Shown here piece after piece: positions 39,845-50,459 of a DNA stretch of 64,000 bases (positions are counted from its first letter, which is position 1; each line of letters starts with the position of its first letter). A program made the position numbers and the translations under genes. Where the stretch lies: the NCBI GenBank assembly GCA_963764515.1, contig CAVXSS010000001.1, positions 991,672 through 1,055,671 of the forward strand, read 5' to 3'. Under the pieces are notes generated by a model, which saw only the letters and a program-made list of their open reading frames with translations, was not told where the DNA came from and did no database searches. This DNA comes from an uncultured Chloroflexia bacterium. GTDB lineage: Bacteria; Chloroflexota; Limnocylindria; Limnocylindrales; CSP1-4.

Positions 39845-40479
39845 CGGGGCTGCCTCGTTCGGCGGGTGGGGTGCGGACGCCGGCCGGAGCCCTCGCCCGG
39901 GTCGTCGTGCTCGGCGGCCATCGTGGCGAGCAGCCGGTGGAACCGGGTCTCGCCGGCCAGTTCCGGGTGGAACGCCGTGGCGATGACGTTGCGCTCGCGC
40001 ACGGCCACGATGCGTCCGTCCTCGAGACGGGCAAGCACGTCGACACCCGGTCCGGTCCGGTCGACGATCGGCGCGCGGATGAAGACGCCGTGGACCGGGG
40101 TATCGCCAAGGATCGCAACCGGCAGCTCGGCCTCGAACGACTCGAGCTGGCGCCCGAACGCATTGCGCTCGACCGTGATGTCGAGCAGGGGCAGGATCGG
40201 CGGCTCGCCGCCGGCGATCTCCGTGGCGAGCACGATCATCCCGGCACACGTGCCGAACACGGGCGCACCCGTTTCTGCGAGGGCCATGATCGGATCGTGC
40301 AGGCCCCATCGGTCGATGAGCTGGCGCATCGTCGTGCTCTCGCCGCCAGGCACGATGAGCCCCGACACACCGTCGAGATCGGCCGGCTCACGCACGCGGA
40401 CCCCCTCCACGCCGATGGCGTGCAGCGTGTCGAGGTGCTCGCGAAAGGCCCCCTGGAGGGCCAGCACCCCGATCCTCAT
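39841..40479 (-). CDS. pdxT: PLP synthase glutaminase subunit
   Basis: GVLALQG, PGGEST, GTCAG and FHPEL motifs. Confidence 0.97.
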   Translation of the reverse strand: MRIGVLALQGAFREHLDTLHAIGVEGVRVREPADLDGVSGLIVPGGESTTMRQLIDRWGLHDPIMALAETGAPVFGTCAGMIVLATEIAGGEPPILPLLDITVERNAFGRQLESFEAELPVAILGDTPVHGVFIRAPIVDRTGPGVDVLARLEDGRIVAVRERNVIATAFHPELAGETRFHRLLATMAAEHDDPGEGSGRRPHPTRRTRQPR

Positions 40480-40509
40480 CGGGTGGCCGCCGGTGTCGTT
40501 CGTGTCGGC

Positions 40510-41397
40510 CTACCAGCCGCGGACGGCGAGTCGCTCCTGGTCGGGGATCTCCTCGAGGGCAATTCCCCGCATCGGGGCACCCAGGCCCTTGGAGACTTCG
40601 GCGATCTTCTTGGCGTCGTCGAAGAAGGTCGTCGCCTGGACGATGGCGTTCGCCATGCGCGCGGGATCCTCGCTCTTGAAGATGCCCGACCCGACGAACA
40701 CGCCCTCCGAACCGAGCTGCATGACCAGGGCCGCATCGGCCGGGGTGCTGATGCCCCCGGCGACGAAGTTCACCACCGGCAGCTTGCCATCGGCCGCGAC
40801 TTGCTTGACCAGCTCGTACGGGGCCTGGAGCTCCTTGGCCGCCGCGAACAGCTCGTCCTCGCGCATCGCGCCGAGTCGCCGGATCTCGCCGAGCACGTCG
40901 CGCAGCTGGTGGACGGCCTCGACGACGTTGCCCGTGCCCGCCTCGCCCTTGGTCCGCATCATCGCGGCGCCCTCGTTGATCCGGCGCAGGGCCTCGCCCA
41001 GGTTTCGGCAACCGCACACGAACGGGACCTTGAAGGCGTGCTTGTCGATGTGGTTGTGCTCGTCCGCGGGTGTGAGGACCTCGGACTCGTCGATGTAGTC
41101 GACGCCGAGCGCCTCGAGGACCTGGGCCTCCACGAAATGGCCGATGCGGGCCTTCGCCATGACCGGGATCGTCACGGCGTCCATGATCCCCTCGATCATC
41201 GAGGGATCACTCATGCGAGCGACGCCACCTGCCGCGCGGATGTCGGCCGGGACGCGTTCGAGCGCCATGACGGCGACCGCGCCGGCATCCTCGGCGATCT
41301 TGGCCTGATCGGGCGTGACGACGTCCATGATGACGCCGCCCTTGAGCATCTGGGCGAGGCCGGTCTTGGTCGCCCAGGTGGACGTTTCGACAGTCAT
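40510..41397 (-). CDS. pdxS: PLP synthase lyase subunit
   Basis: [16 protein letters not shown] and RTKGEAGTG motifs. Confidence 0.98.
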   Translation of the reverse strand: MTVETSTWATKTGLAQMLKGGVIMDVVTPDQAKIAEDAGAVAVMALERVPADIRAAGGVARMSDPSMIEGIMDAVTIPVMAKARIGHFVEAQVLEALGVDYIDESEVLTPADEHNHIDKHAFKVPFVCGCRNLGEALRRINEGAAMMRTKGEAGTGNVVEAVHQLRDVLGEIRRLGAMREDELFAAAKELQAPYELVKQVAADGKLPVVNFVAGGISTPADAALVMQLGSEGVFVGSGIFKSEDPARMANAIVQATTFFDDAKKIAEVSKGLGAPMRGIALEEIPDQERLAVRGW

Positions 41398-41520
41398 GAG
41401 GACTCTGTTTCCTTTGATCGGTGCGCTCGGTTCGCCGGCCGGGTCTGGCCCCGGGGTCCTCGCCCGTTCGAGTCGACCGAGCCCCGCGCGCGGCCCGATT
41501 ATGGCACGAGCGTGGCAAGC

Positions 41521-41605
41521 GTCCCATCCGTTGGTCCAGCAGATTGGTCCATCCCGGTCAGTCGCAAGCCAGGTCACGGGTGGGCCTGTCCCCATCGTTG
41601 GCCCA
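41521..41605 (-). promoter_or_regulatory. Candidate operator repeats upstream of the pdxS promoter
   Basis: TTGGTCCA at 41531 and 41544, TTGGCCCA at 41598; extended -10 TGCCATAAT nearby on the minus strand. Confidence 0.5.
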
Positions 41606-41664
41606 CGGATAAGAGTCCCAGTCGTCACGGGCGAGATCATGCGGTCCTCGCCGCGCGACCTCGG

Positions 41665-42162
41665 TCACCCCGCGGGGAAGCGGAAGCGCGTCATGTCGTC
41701 GGGGAAGACGGACCACGCGAACGCCTTGACCGGACGCAACTCCCAGAGCCCGCCCTGGGACCAATTCGCAGGATCGACCCGGTAGTCCTTCGCATCGATG
41801 TACTTGGCGTATCCGGCGACGATCCTCTCGGCCAGCCCGGCCGCGGGTGCCACGATCTCGTGCGCCGTCCCTTCGACGATGACGACCTCGTCGCCGAACT
41901 CGACATGGATCGCCATCTGCGCGTTCGCGCGAAGGTTGCGCTGCCAGCGGGTCGGACCGCCTTCGATGTACCAGCGGCCGTCCACCCATGCACCCCAGAT
42001 CGGGATCAGGTGCGGCGCCGCGTCGCTCGAGGCCGTCGCCAGCCAGTAGACGAGCGCGCGGTCCAAGCGTTCACTCGCCCATGACCAGGGGAGGATGCCG
42101 TCGGTCGACTCGGGGACGCCATAGCCGGGGATATGGGGGCGATCGGCGGTCGGTTCGGTCAT
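41665..42162 (-). CDS. Pyridoxamine 5'-phosphate oxidase-like (PPOX) flavin-binding protein
   Basis: LPWSWA..RL, YWLAT, PHLIPIW and RNLRAN motifs. Confidence 0.85.
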   Translation of the reverse strand: MTEPTADRPHIPGYGVPESTDGILPWSWASERLDRALVYWLATASSDAAPHLIPIWGAWVDGRWYIEGGPTRWQRNLRANAQMAIHVEFGDEVVIVEGTAHEIVAPAAGLAERIVAGYAKYIDAKDYRVDPANWSQGGLWELRPVKAFAWSVFPDDMTRFRFPAG

Positions 42163-42171
42163 TCCCGCATG

Positions 42172-42954
42172 CTATCGCCCGACGGTCCGCACCACCCCCG
42201 ACATCAGCTTCGTGGCTCGTCGAGCCGCCGTCGGCGACAGGCGCGAGAGCGCATCGACCAGGTCCAGGACGTCGGCGTCGTCGAGGCCGCCGAGCAAGTC
42301 GAACAATCGCAGGATGGTGGCATCGGGGACGCGTCCGAGCAGTCCCAGCGACCGCTCCAGCTCGCGAGGCTCCAGCTGGGGGACGAGCCCGAGTGCTCGA
42401 TCGAAGAGGCGGACGAAGACGAGGAACGCCGCGAGCCATTCGCGCAGCGCGGCGAGCTCGCGATCGTCGGGGTCGGCGGCGAGGGCCGCCGCCGCCTCGC
42501 GCTCCTTCGCTTCAAGGACGACGACGATCGGATCGCCCTCGCGGACCTTCCGTTCGGCGATAACTCGGCCAAACCACTGCCAGTGGTCGCCGACGGCAAG
42601 GTAAGCCGTCCCAGCGGGCCCACGCCGACCCACGCGTCGGGGCTCCTTGACGCGCTCCACGATCCCCCACAATTCGGCCTCGGCCAGGGCGAGGCTGGCG
42701 GCGCGATGGGACAGGCCCAGCGCCTCGCGAACCTCCCGCTCGGTCAGCGGCTCCTGACGCGCCATCAGGTAGGCCTGGACGCGCGCGATCGCGGGCGTGA
42801 CGCCCCAGGCCGCGCCCATCTCCCCCCACGCGGCTGCGAGTTCGAGCCTGATGGCCTCGGCGGTCGTCGCCGGGTACCCGTTCGACGACGAAACCGGGCC
42901 CGCGCGTTCGTGCGCAGAAAGATGCGCCTTGACAGTAGCGAGTTTTTGGTCCAT
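42172..42954 (-). CDS. GbsR/MarR-like transcriptional regulator
   Basis: WGEMGAAWGVT..IARV..YL; winged HTH (SLALAEAELWGIV); start uncertain. Confidence 0.8.
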   Translation of the reverse strand: MDQKLATVKAHLSAHERAGPVSSSNGYPATTAEAIRLELAAAWGEMGAAWGVTPAIARVQAYLMARQEPLTEREVREALGLSHRAASLALAEAELWGIVERVKEPRRVGRRGPAGTAYLAVGDHWQWFGRVIAERKVREGDPIVVVLEAKEREAAAALAADPDDRELAALREWLAAFLVFVRLFDRALGLVPQLEPRELERSLGLLGRVPDATILRLFDLLGGLDDADVLDLVDALSRLSPTAARRATKLMSGVVRTVGR

Positions 42955-42976
42955 AACTTGCTATAGCAGGGTAGCA
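42929..42976 (+). promoter_or_regulatory. Sigma70 promoter with a palindromic operator for the yndJ operon
   Basis: TTGACA (42929)-17 bp-CATAAC (42952); perfect palindrome TGCTATAGCA at 42959-42968. Confidence 0.65.
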
Positions 42977-42991
42977 CGCTTAGGCGATGAC

Positions 42992-43468
42992 ATGACAACC
43001 GATCCGCTCGAACATGATGACCCCACCCCCGCCTCCGCCGCTGCGCGCCTGGGCGCGTTGGCGGCCACAACGCCGATCGTGATGTTCCTCGCCTGGGCCA
43101 TCATCTCGGGCGGGATCGGGACGTCGATGGAGTTCCTCCTCGCGCTGTGTGTCGGCTCGGGGATCGCCGTCGTCGCTGGCTGGGTCGTCGGGTCCCGAAC
43201 CGGGTCCTCCGTGCGAGGCAGCCTGTTCGGTGCCATCGCCTACGTGGCAGTCGGCTGGCTGGTCGCACTGCCTGTCGGCGCCATCTGGTCGACCTGGGCG
43301 AGGGTCAAGGAAGGCACCGTGAGTGGTCCGGCGGATGTCCTCGCGTCAATGGGCTTCCTGCTGCTCTACGGCCTGGTCTCATCGTTGTACGTCATCCCCC
43401 TCCTCACGCCCTTCGGGGCGGGATGGGCGCTGACCAACTTCGCGCTTCGGCGGGCGATGCGGGTATGA
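42992..43468 (+). CDS. Hypothetical 4-TM membrane protein
   Basis: Hydrophobic 158 aa; ATGA overlap with the next gene. Confidence 0.7.
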   Translation: MTTDPLEHDDPTPASAAARLGALAATTPIVMFLAWAIISGGIGTSMEFLLALCVGSGIAVVAGWVVGSRTGSSVRGSLFGAIAYVAVGWLVALPVGAIWSTWARVKEGTVSGPADVLASMGFLLLYGLVSSLYVIPLLTPFGAGWALTNFALRRAMRV

Positions 43469-44658
43469 CCGTCGTCACCGCGTTCTTCCTCATCGCGCCG
43501 CTGTTCGTGGTGCCGTTCGGGCTACGACTGCTCGACGTTGCCACCCCCGGGGCCGAGCCACCCCGACTCGTGGCTCGGGCCGTTCTGCCTGCCGCGGTCG
43601 CGCTGACCCTGAGCTTCATGTCGGAGCCGGGCCTCGCGGCGGCCATCCTTTCACTCCCGTGGCTCGGCCTGACCGCCGTCGTGGCGCTCGCCGCCGGCCT
43701 CCGGCTGCTCCGCGATCCCGCTCGATTCCGCCCGAGCGTCCGGCACGCGACCGATGGGGCCGTCGCGTTCCTGGCTGTCGGGGCCGCCTTTGCCATGATC
43801 GATCGACTCGGGGCGACACCACTCGACTTCTCCCCCGAGGTCATCCTGCTGACGGCGGTGCATTTCCATTTCGCGGGCTTCGTCTTGCCACTCGCTGGCG
43901 CCCTGGCGTATGGACATCGCCCGACACGCTGGCTCGAGGTCGCGATCGGGGCGGTCCTCTTCGGCATCCCGATGACCGCGCTCGGGTTCATCGGGATGCC
44001 CTACGCGAACTGGGTCGGTGCGATGCTCACCGCGATCGGCGGGTTCGGCATCGGCGTCGCGACCATCCTCGTCGCGGCGGGCCTCGGTCCTCGCCGTTCC
44101 AGGTTCCTCGCCGCGATCGCCGGCGCGAGCCTGCTCGTGTCGATGCCCATGGCCGTGATCTACTCGACGGGCGTCCTGCTCGGGTCGGCCTGGCTGGATC
44201 AGGACACGATGGCCCGCGTCCACGGCGCGCTCAACGCGCTCGGCTTCGCACTCCCGGTGATCCTGGCTTGGACCTTCGAGCAGACCGTGCACGAGGGTAG
44301 GAGCCGCCCGGTGAGGACAGCGACCGCCCCGCCCGGGCGACGCTGGGCGATCGGTCTGCTCGTCGGACTCGTGGTCGGGGTCGGCGTCCTCATCGGGGGT
44401 GTGTTGGTCGCCCTGATCGGTCTCATCGCGGTCATCCTGCTCACGATCGAGCCCGGGCGGGACGCACCCGTCGGCGGACTCATGGCGGGCTTCGGGGCGG
44501 CCTGGCTCGCGCTGTTCCTGCGTGCCGATGCGAGCTGCGGCGCGGGCTGCGACGGGCCGGACCTGACGCGCTGGTACGCCCTCAGTGCGGTCATGCTGGT
44601 CGTGGGCATCGTCCTCACCGCCCGGACGCTGCGCGCCGGCCTGCGGGACGGCGCGTGA
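43465..44658 (+). CDS. YndJ family membrane protein with an extra C-terminal TM domain
   Basis: LTAVHFHFAGF and MARVHGALNALGF motifs. Confidence 0.82.
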   Translation: MTVVTAFFLIAPLFVVPFGLRLLDVATPGAEPPRLVARAVLPAAVALTLSFMSEPGLAAAILSLPWLGLTAVVALAAGLRLLRDPARFRPSVRHATDGAVAFLAVGAAFAMIDRLGATPLDFSPEVILLTAVHFHFAGFVLPLAGALAYGHRPTRWLEVAIGAVLFGIPMTALGFIGMPYANWVGAMLTAIGGFGIGVATILVAAGLGPRRSRFLAAIAGASLLVSMPMAVIYSTGVLLGSAWLDQDTMARVHGALNALGFALPVILAWTFEQTVHEGRSRPVRTATAPPGRRWAIGLLVGLVVGVGVLIGGVLVALIGLIAVILLTIEPGRDAPVGGLMAGFGAAWLALFLRADASCGAGCDGPDLTRWYALSAVMLVVGIVLTARTLRAGLRDGA

Positions 44659-45560
44659 TGAAGATCGCGATCACCGGCGGGACCGGCTTCGTCGGGCGCC
44701 ATCTCGCAGAGCGATTGCGCGCCAACGGCCACGAGACTGTCGTGGTTTCACGCCGGACCGGTCATGCGCTCCAGTCCGACGGCTCAGGTCTCATCGATGC
44801 ATTCCGGGGCTGCGACGCGGTGGTCCATTGCGCCGGGATCAACCGGGAGATCGGCCGTCAGACGTACCAGGCGGTCCACGTCGATGGGACCCGGGCGGTC
44901 GTCGAGGCTGTCCGGGTCGCCGGCGTCGAGCGACTGGTCATGCTGAGCTTTCTGCGCGCTCGCCCGGACGGGCCGACGGCATACCACCGCTCGAAATGGG
45001 CCGCCGAGGAACTGGTGCGAACCTCCGGTCTCACCCACACGATCCTGAAGGCGGGGGTCATCTACGGGCGGGGCGATCACATGCTCGACCACCTGAGCCA
45101 CGCGTTCCACACGTTCCCGGTCTTCGGACTCGTCGGGTTGCACGACCGTCTCGTCCGCCCCGTCGCGGTCGACGACGTCGCCCGACTTCTCGAGGCGGCG
45201 GCGGCGGGCGATCCACGCTTGACTGACCGCTCCATTGCGGTCCTCGGACCCGAGCGGATGACCCTGGAGCATGCCGTCCGCCGGGTGGCTCGCGTCATCG
45301 GGCGGCACCCGCTGTTCGTTCGGATGCCGATCGCCGCGCATCTGGCGATCGCGCGGATCGCCGAATGGGCGATGCATGTGCCGCTCATCTCCTCGGCCCA
45401 GGTCCACATCCTCGCTGAGGGTGTCGTCGTCGCGCTGCCATTCGCCGACCAACCGCCGGCCGACCTCGCTCCGACAACGCCGTTCTCGTCGGACGCCATC
45501 CGAGCGGGCGTGCCGGCGCCCGGCGGCTTCGGGCGTTCGGACCTGCGGTGCGAGACGTGA
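44658..45560 (+). CDS. NAD-dependent epimerase/dehydratase (NDUFA9-like atypical SDR)
   Basis: ITGGTGFVG and YHRSK motifs. Confidence 0.88.
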   Translation: MKIAITGGTGFVGRHLAERLRANGHETVVVSRRTGHALQSDGSGLIDAFRGCDAVVHCAGINREIGRQTYQAVHVDGTRAVVEAVRVAGVERLVMLSFLRARPDGPTAYHRSKWAAEELVRTSGLTHTILKAGVIYGRGDHMLDHLSHAFHTFPVFGLVGLHDRLVRPVAVDDVARLLEAAAAGDPRLTDRSIAVLGPERMTLEHAVRRVARVIGRHPLFVRMPIAAHLAIARIAEWAMHVPLISSAQVHILAEGVVVALPFADQPPADLAPTTPFSSDAIRAGVPAPGGFGRSDLRCET

Positions 45561-46015
45561 CGCGGCTTCTCCTGGAGACCCGCATCCGCGCGCCCATCGA
45601 GGTCGTCTTCGAACTTGCGCGCGACATCGGGTTCCACGAACGATCGATGGCCGCGAGTGGCGAACAGGCCGTCGCCGGCCGGACATCAGGCCCGATCGCG
45701 CTCGGGGAGACGGTCACCTGGCGCGCCCGACACTTCGGCGTCTGGTGGACGCTCCAGAGCCGGATCACGGCGATGACGCCACCGACGGCCTTCGTCGACG
45801 AGCAGGTCCGCGGGCCATTCGCATCGTTCCGCCACGAACATCGGCTCGAGACGGTCGATGGCGGGACCCTGATGACCGACACGTGGCGGCACGCATCGCC
45901 CTTCGGGCCGCTCGGCTTCCTGGCCGATCGCATCGTCCTCGATCGCCACATGCGCCGGCTCCTCGAGACACGCAATGCCGCCCTCAAGACAGCTGCCGAA
46001 GGTCGGCCGGCCTAG
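45557..46015 (+). CDS. SRPBCC family protein
   Basis: [12 protein letters not shown] and [15 protein letters not shown] motifs. Confidence 0.88.
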   Translation: MTRLLLETRIRAPIEVVFELARDIGFHERSMAASGEQAVAGRTSGPIALGETVTWRARHFGVWWTLQSRITAMTPPTAFVDEQVRGPFASFRHEHRLETVDGGTLMTDTWRHASPFGPLGFLADRIVLDRHMRRLLETRNAALKTAAEGRPA

Positions 46016-46050
46016 TCTCCCTCTGGGAGGGCGATGGGCCGGGCGATGGG

Positions 46051-46533
46051 TCAGGTCGTCGGGATCGGCAGGAACGGCCCGACGGCCGTCGAGGTCGCAA
46101 CGAACAACGGCAACCCGAAGTCGACGTCGATCTCGCACGTGGCGATGCGCTGCGTACCTCCGGGTGCGCCGAACTCGAACACGACCTCCTGCCCATCGAA
46201 CGCGGTCGGGCACTCCCCGGTGAACGGGTGGCTCTTGAGGACCGCGAAGTCGGTGGTCTTGATGGCCGCGTCGAGGGCCGCGAGCTGATCGGCCGGCACC
46301 TTCCCGAGCAGGTTGGGCGGCTTGGCGGCCGCGTGGACCGTTCCATCGCGCTCGACCACCACGGTCGACCCGCACGGAGCCGCAAAGCATTCGCCGCCGC
46401 GTGCCTCGACGGTCAGGAGTGGGCCGCTCGCGACAGGGATCGGGATGGGCGCATCGGAACAGCCGGCGGCGATCGTTGCGACTGCGATCATCAGGGTCGT
46501 CGCGAGGACGAGAGCGCGTCGGTTCGTCGGCAT
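46051..46533 (-). CDS. Putative Cys-containing lipoprotein
   Basis: Lipobox IAAGC; GGEC..PC, CPTAFDG. Confidence 0.72.
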   Translation of the reverse strand: MPTNRRALVLATTLMIAVATIAAGCSDAPIPIPVASGPLLTVEARGGECFAAPCGSTVVVERDGTVHAAAKPPNLLGKVPADQLAALDAAIKTTDFAVLKSHPFTGECPTAFDGQEVVFEFGAPGGTQRIATCEIDVDFGLPLFVATSTAVGPFLPIPTT

Positions 46534-46541
46534 GGCCGCCG

Positions 46542-46567
46542 GACGACCGCGGCACCAGGTCGGTTCC
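46542..46567 (-). promoter_or_regulatory. Candidate ECF sigma promoter
   Basis: GGAACC-16 bp-CGTC, ending 8 nt before the ATG at 46533. Confidence 0.45.
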
Positions 46568-46593
46568 CGCGGCGAGGGACTATCCTCGCGGCC

Positions 46594-48192
46594 ATGCCCG
46601 TCCTGCGCAGTCGCCTGGACCCGAACGCCCCGGAGACCCGCGCGAACCACGACGCCATGTGCGATCTCGTCGCGGGGCTCCGCGCTCGCCAGGTGGATGT
46701 CGCCGGACGCGGCGCCGGCGGCGACGAGTCCTCCATCGAGCGCCACCGCGACCGCGGCAAGCTCCCCGTCCGCGAGCGGATCGAGCGCCTGCTCGACCCG
46801 GGTTCGGCATTCCTCGAGCTTTCCCCGCTCGCGGCCACCGGGCTCTACGACGACGACGCGCCCGGCGCCGGCATCGTCACCGGCATCGGCCGGATCGAGG
46901 GCACGACCTGCGTCGTGGTCGCCAACGACGCGACCGTGAAGGGCGGCACCTACTACCCGATGACCGTCAAGAAGCACCTGCGGGCGCAGGAGATCGCCCT
47001 CGAGAACCGGCTCCCCTGCCTCTACCTCGTGGACTCCGGCGGCGCGTTCCTTCCGCTCCAGGCCGAGGTCTTTCCCGATCGCGATCATTTCGGGCGGATC
47101 TTCTACAACCAGGCGCGGATGTCGGCCGCCGGCATCCCGCAGGTCGCCCTCGTCATGGGCTCGTGCACGGCCGGCGGTGCGTACGTCCCGGCGATGAGCG
47201 ACGAGACCGTCATCGTCAAAGGGACGGGCACGATCTTCCTGGGCGGTCCGCCGCTGGTCAAGGCCGCCACCGGCGAGGAGGTCACACCCGAGGAGCTCGG
47301 TGGCTCGGACGTCCACACCCGGCTCTCGGGCGTCGCGGACCACGAGGCGCTCGACGACGAGCACGCGCTCGCGCTAGGCCGGTCGATCATCGCCAACCTC
47401 AACCGGAAGGCGCCCGAACTCCCCTGGGATCGGACGGAGCCCGAGTCTCCGGCCGTCGATCCTGCTGGCCTCTACGGGGCGGTCTCGCTGGACGCGCGCC
47501 GGCCGATCCCGGTCCGCGAGATCATCGCCCGGCTGGTCGATGGCTCGCGGTTCCACGAGTTCAAGCCGCGCTACGGCGAGACGCTCGTGACCGGATTCGC
47601 GCATCTCGCCGGCTATCCGGTCGCGATCGTGGCCAACGACGGGATCCTGTTCGGCCAGTCCGCGTTGAAGGGCACGCACTTCATCGAGCTCGCGTGCCAG
47701 CGCCGGATCCCGCTCGTCTTCCTCCAGAACATCACCGGGTTCATGGTCGGGCGCGAGTACGAGGAGGCCGGCATCGCCAAGGACGGGGCGAAGCTCGTGA
47801 CCGCGGTCGCATCGGCGGAGGTCCCGAAGTTCACGGTCCTCATCGGGGGCAGCTTCGGGGCCGGCAACTACGCGATGGCGGGGCGCGCGTACCAGCCGCG
47901 CTTCCTGTGGTCGTGGCCGAACAGCCGCATCTCGGTCATGGGCGGACAGCAGGCGGCCCGCGTCCTGTCCACGGTCCGTGGCGGCTTCGCTGGGGACGCC
48001 GAGCGAGACGCGTTCGAGGCGCCGGTCCTCGAGACGTACGAACGCGAGGGCTCGCCGTATTTCGCGACGGCTCGCCTCTGGGACGACGGGATCATCGACC
48101 CGCTCGACACGCGCCGGATCCTGGCGATGGGCGTCGAGGCGGCACTCCACGCGCCGATCCCGGAGACGCGCTTCGGGGTCTTCCGCATGTGA
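46594..48192 (+). CDS. liuB: 3-methylcrotonyl-CoA carboxylase beta (carboxyltransferase) subunit
   Basis: [31 protein letters not shown] and FGVFRM motifs. Confidence 0.95.
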   Translation: MPVLRSRLDPNAPETRANHDAMCDLVAGLRARQVDVAGRGAGGDESSIERHRDRGKLPVRERIERLLDPGSAFLELSPLAATGLYDDDAPGAGIVTGIGRIEGTTCVVVANDATVKGGTYYPMTVKKHLRAQEIALENRLPCLYLVDSGGAFLPLQAEVFPDRDHFGRIFYNQARMSAAGIPQVALVMGSCTAGGAYVPAMSDETVIVKGTGTIFLGGPPLVKAATGEEVTPEELGGSDVHTRLSGVADHEALDDEHALALGRSIIANLNRKAPELPWDRTEPESPAVDPAGLYGAVSLDARRPIPVREIIARLVDGSRFHEFKPRYGETLVTGFAHLAGYPVAIVANDGILFGQSALKGTHFIELACQRRIPLVFLQNITGFMVGREYEEAGIAKDGAKLVTAVASAEVPKFTVLIGGSFGAGNYAMAGRAYQPRFLWSWPNSRISVMGGQQAARVLSTVRGGFAGDAERDAFEAPVLETYEREGSPYFATARLWDDGIIDPLDTRRILAMGVEAALHAPIPETRFGVFRM

Positions 48193-48243
48193 GGTCCAGG
48201 TCCGCTCGGACCGCCGGTGTCGTGGTCCGGTAGCATCGCGGGG

Positions 48244-49020
48244 ATGCCCCGTGTCAGCCGCCTGAACATCGCGCCGGTGCGCAGCCTCGGGCTGGAGTCG
48301 CGTGACGAGATCCGCGTGGAAGCGAAGGGCGTTGTCGAGGACCGACGGTTCTTCGTCGCCGACGCGGACAACCGGCTCGTCGACCAGCTGATCGCCGCGG
48401 CGATGGTCCAGGTCTCCGCCTGGACCGATCCCGACGCAACGGTCCTTCGGCTCACGTTTCCCGATGGCCGCGTCGTCGAGGACGGCGTGCGCCTGGCCGA
48501 GCCCATCGAGACGCCGATCCATGGCCGGACCGGGGTCGGGCACGTCGTCGATGGGCCTTTCGCGGCCGCGCTCGGCGAGTTCCTCGGGAGGGAGGTACGC
48601 GTCGTTCGGTGCGACCGGCCCGGAGGGACGCGGGTCAAGAGCCCGGTCACGCTCGTCACCGACGGTTCGCTCGCCGTCCTGGGCGCCGCGCTCGGGGTCG
48701 GGGCAGTCGACGCCCGCCGGTTCCGGATGCTGGTCGAGCTCGAAGGCGGCGGTCCCCACGAGGAGGACACCTGGGTCGGCGGGCGGATCGGACTTGGCGG
48801 GACGATCCTGCGCGTCAGCGGCGCGGTGCCGCGCTGCGCGATGACGACCCACGACCCGGACACCGGCGACCGCGACCTCGACACGCTGCACGCCATCAAG
48901 GCCTATCGCGGCCTGGTCGACGGCAAGGACCTGATGTTCGGGGTCTACGGCGAGGTGGAGCGACCGGGCACCATCCGGCTCGGCGACGAGGTGACGATCC
49001 TCGGGCCTCAGCCCGCCTGA
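48244..49020 (+). CDS. MOSC domain protein
   Basis: PVRS..DRRF, RRFR..V, EDTW and PRCAMTT motifs. Confidence 0.88.
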   Translation: MPRVSRLNIAPVRSLGLESRDEIRVEAKGVVEDRRFFVADADNRLVDQLIAAAMVQVSAWTDPDATVLRLTFPDGRVVEDGVRLAEPIETPIHGRTGVGHVVDGPFAAALGEFLGREVRVVRCDRPGGTRVKSPVTLVTDGSLAVLGAALGVGAVDARRFRMLVELEGGGPHEEDTWVGGRIGLGGTILRVSGAVPRCAMTTHDPDTGDRDLDTLHAIKAYRGLVDGKDLMFGVYGEVERPGTIRLGDEVTILGPQPA

Positions 49021-49562
49021 TCCCGCCGCTTGCGGGCCGCCTCGACGGCCGGATCGATCCAGCGTCGGACGACCACCACCCAGCTCACGGATGCGATGGC
49101 GATGAGCGGTGCGACGCGCTCGGCGGCGGTGACCCCATCGCGCAGCACGACGCCCGCCATTTCTGCGGCGGTCCCGATCGCGTCGCGGCCGGGTGTCGGG
49201 TCCATGGCGAGGATGAGGCTGGTGAGGACGAATGTCCCGAGCATCGCCGAGGCGACGGCCGCCACCGGCGCCCCGATGCCGATGGCCAGTCCCGCACCTG
49301 CCGCGTCCATCCGCGACCCGAGCGCCGCTCCCGTCAACGCGGCGCCCAGCAGGGCGAGGCCCGGAAGGCTCATCACCAGCACCCACACGCCCGCCCCGTT
49401 CGGTGCCCCGAGGGCTTCCGGCGGTTGCATGTATACCGCGATCGCCACGACCAGACCGAAGTACGCCCCAGCCAGCAGTCCGCCTCGCCGCGATGCGCGG
49501 ATCCACGCCAGTCGCTGCCCCGTGGGATCGGGCGCCCAGTTCGGGTCGGTCGGCGAGATCAC
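49008..49562 (-). CDS. Hypothetical membrane protein (true start may be 49594; see findings)
   Basis: Four or more hydrophobic helices. Confidence 0.65.
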   Translation of the reverse strand: MISPTDPNWAPDPTGQRLAWIRASRRGGLLAGAYFGLVVAIAVYMQPPEALGAPNGAGVWVLVMSLPGLALLGAALTGAALGSRMDAAGAGLAIGIGAPVAAVASAMLGTFVLTSLILAMDPTPGRDAIGTAAEMAGVVLRDGVTAAERVAPLIAIASVSWVVVVRRWIDPAVEAARKRRDQAG

Positions 49563-49666
49563 GCCGGCGGGTCGTCGAGCAGGTCGAGACTCATCAGCCG
49601 AGGCTAACAGCGTGCCCGGGCCGTCAGGATGACCCAGTCAGGGCAGCGCGGACCGCCCGAACGTAC

Positions 49667-50416
49667 TCATCTCGGGCGAACGATCCACCGGCAGCCGAGG
49701 AGATCGGCCTGATGGGCTGACGCGCCAGCGATGCCCAGATGGATGGTCGTCGGGGGTGTCCGATCGTCCCGGGACGGACGGAGTCGAAGGATCTGGGCAC
49801 CGATGCCGGCATCGCGGGCTCCCCCGCCGGCCAGCGAGGGCCGGAACCGCAGGCCGGTCGTCCGCAGGAACCGCCCGATGGTCGCGCTGACGTCACCGAC
49901 CGCGATCTCGAGCGTCGTGAGCTGAGCCGGCCCGGCCGCGCGGGCCGTCCGGTCGGCGGGCGTCCACTCCGCGGCCGCTGCGTCGTGCTCGATCAGGAAC
50001 GGCGGCAGGGCTGGGTCGAGTCGCCCGGCGGCCGACAGCCGCCAGCGGACGAGCCGGCCGTCCGGCCGCACCCGCTCGCCTGGGGTCGGGTCCGCCAGGT
50101 CCGAGCCGCGTTCGCGCAACGTCCGGACATCGTCATCGATGGCGTCGCTCGCGATCGCCCACGTCGCCAGTCTCCCGCCGGCGGCGAGGGCGCGGAGCGT
50201 CGGAGCGCCGACCCAGGAGCTCGCCGCGAGGTCCTGGTCGAAGACGCCCATGAGCTCGAGGTACGTGTCGCCAAGCCAGACGAGGCGATTGAACGTGCCC
50301 AGCCGTTCGTGACGGCCGCCCCCGCCAGGCACGAGTCCGAGGGTCGCCTCGAGATCCGACGCGGCCCCGTCCGGATCCGCGACGGCGATCACGAGGTGGT
50401 CGATCGCGGTCAGCAC
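49667..50416 (-). CDS. VOC / glyoxalase-like family protein
   Basis: IDHLVIAV, GGRH..GTFN, YLEL and PFLIEH motifs. Confidence 0.88.
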   Translation of the reverse strand: MLTAIDHLVIAVADPDGAASDLEATLGLVPGGGGRHERLGTFNRLVWLGDTYLELMGVFDQDLAASSWVGAPTLRALAAGGRLATWAIASDAIDDDVRTLRERGSDLADPTPGERVRPDGRLVRWRLSAAGRLDPALPPFLIEHDAAAAEWTPADRTARAAGPAQLTTLEIAVGDVSATIGRFLRTTGLRFRPSLAGGGARDAGIGAQILRLRPSRDDRTPPTTIHLGIAGASAHQADLLGCRWIVRPR

Positions 50417-50459
50417 GAACGGAGCCTACCCGGTCCCGTCCGGTCGCTACGATGGGCCG

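Noticed and set aside
45271-46593. Long N-terminal extension of MCC beta (973-aa ORF)
   Set aside because: Overlaps three real genes; the true start at 46594 has its own -10 box.
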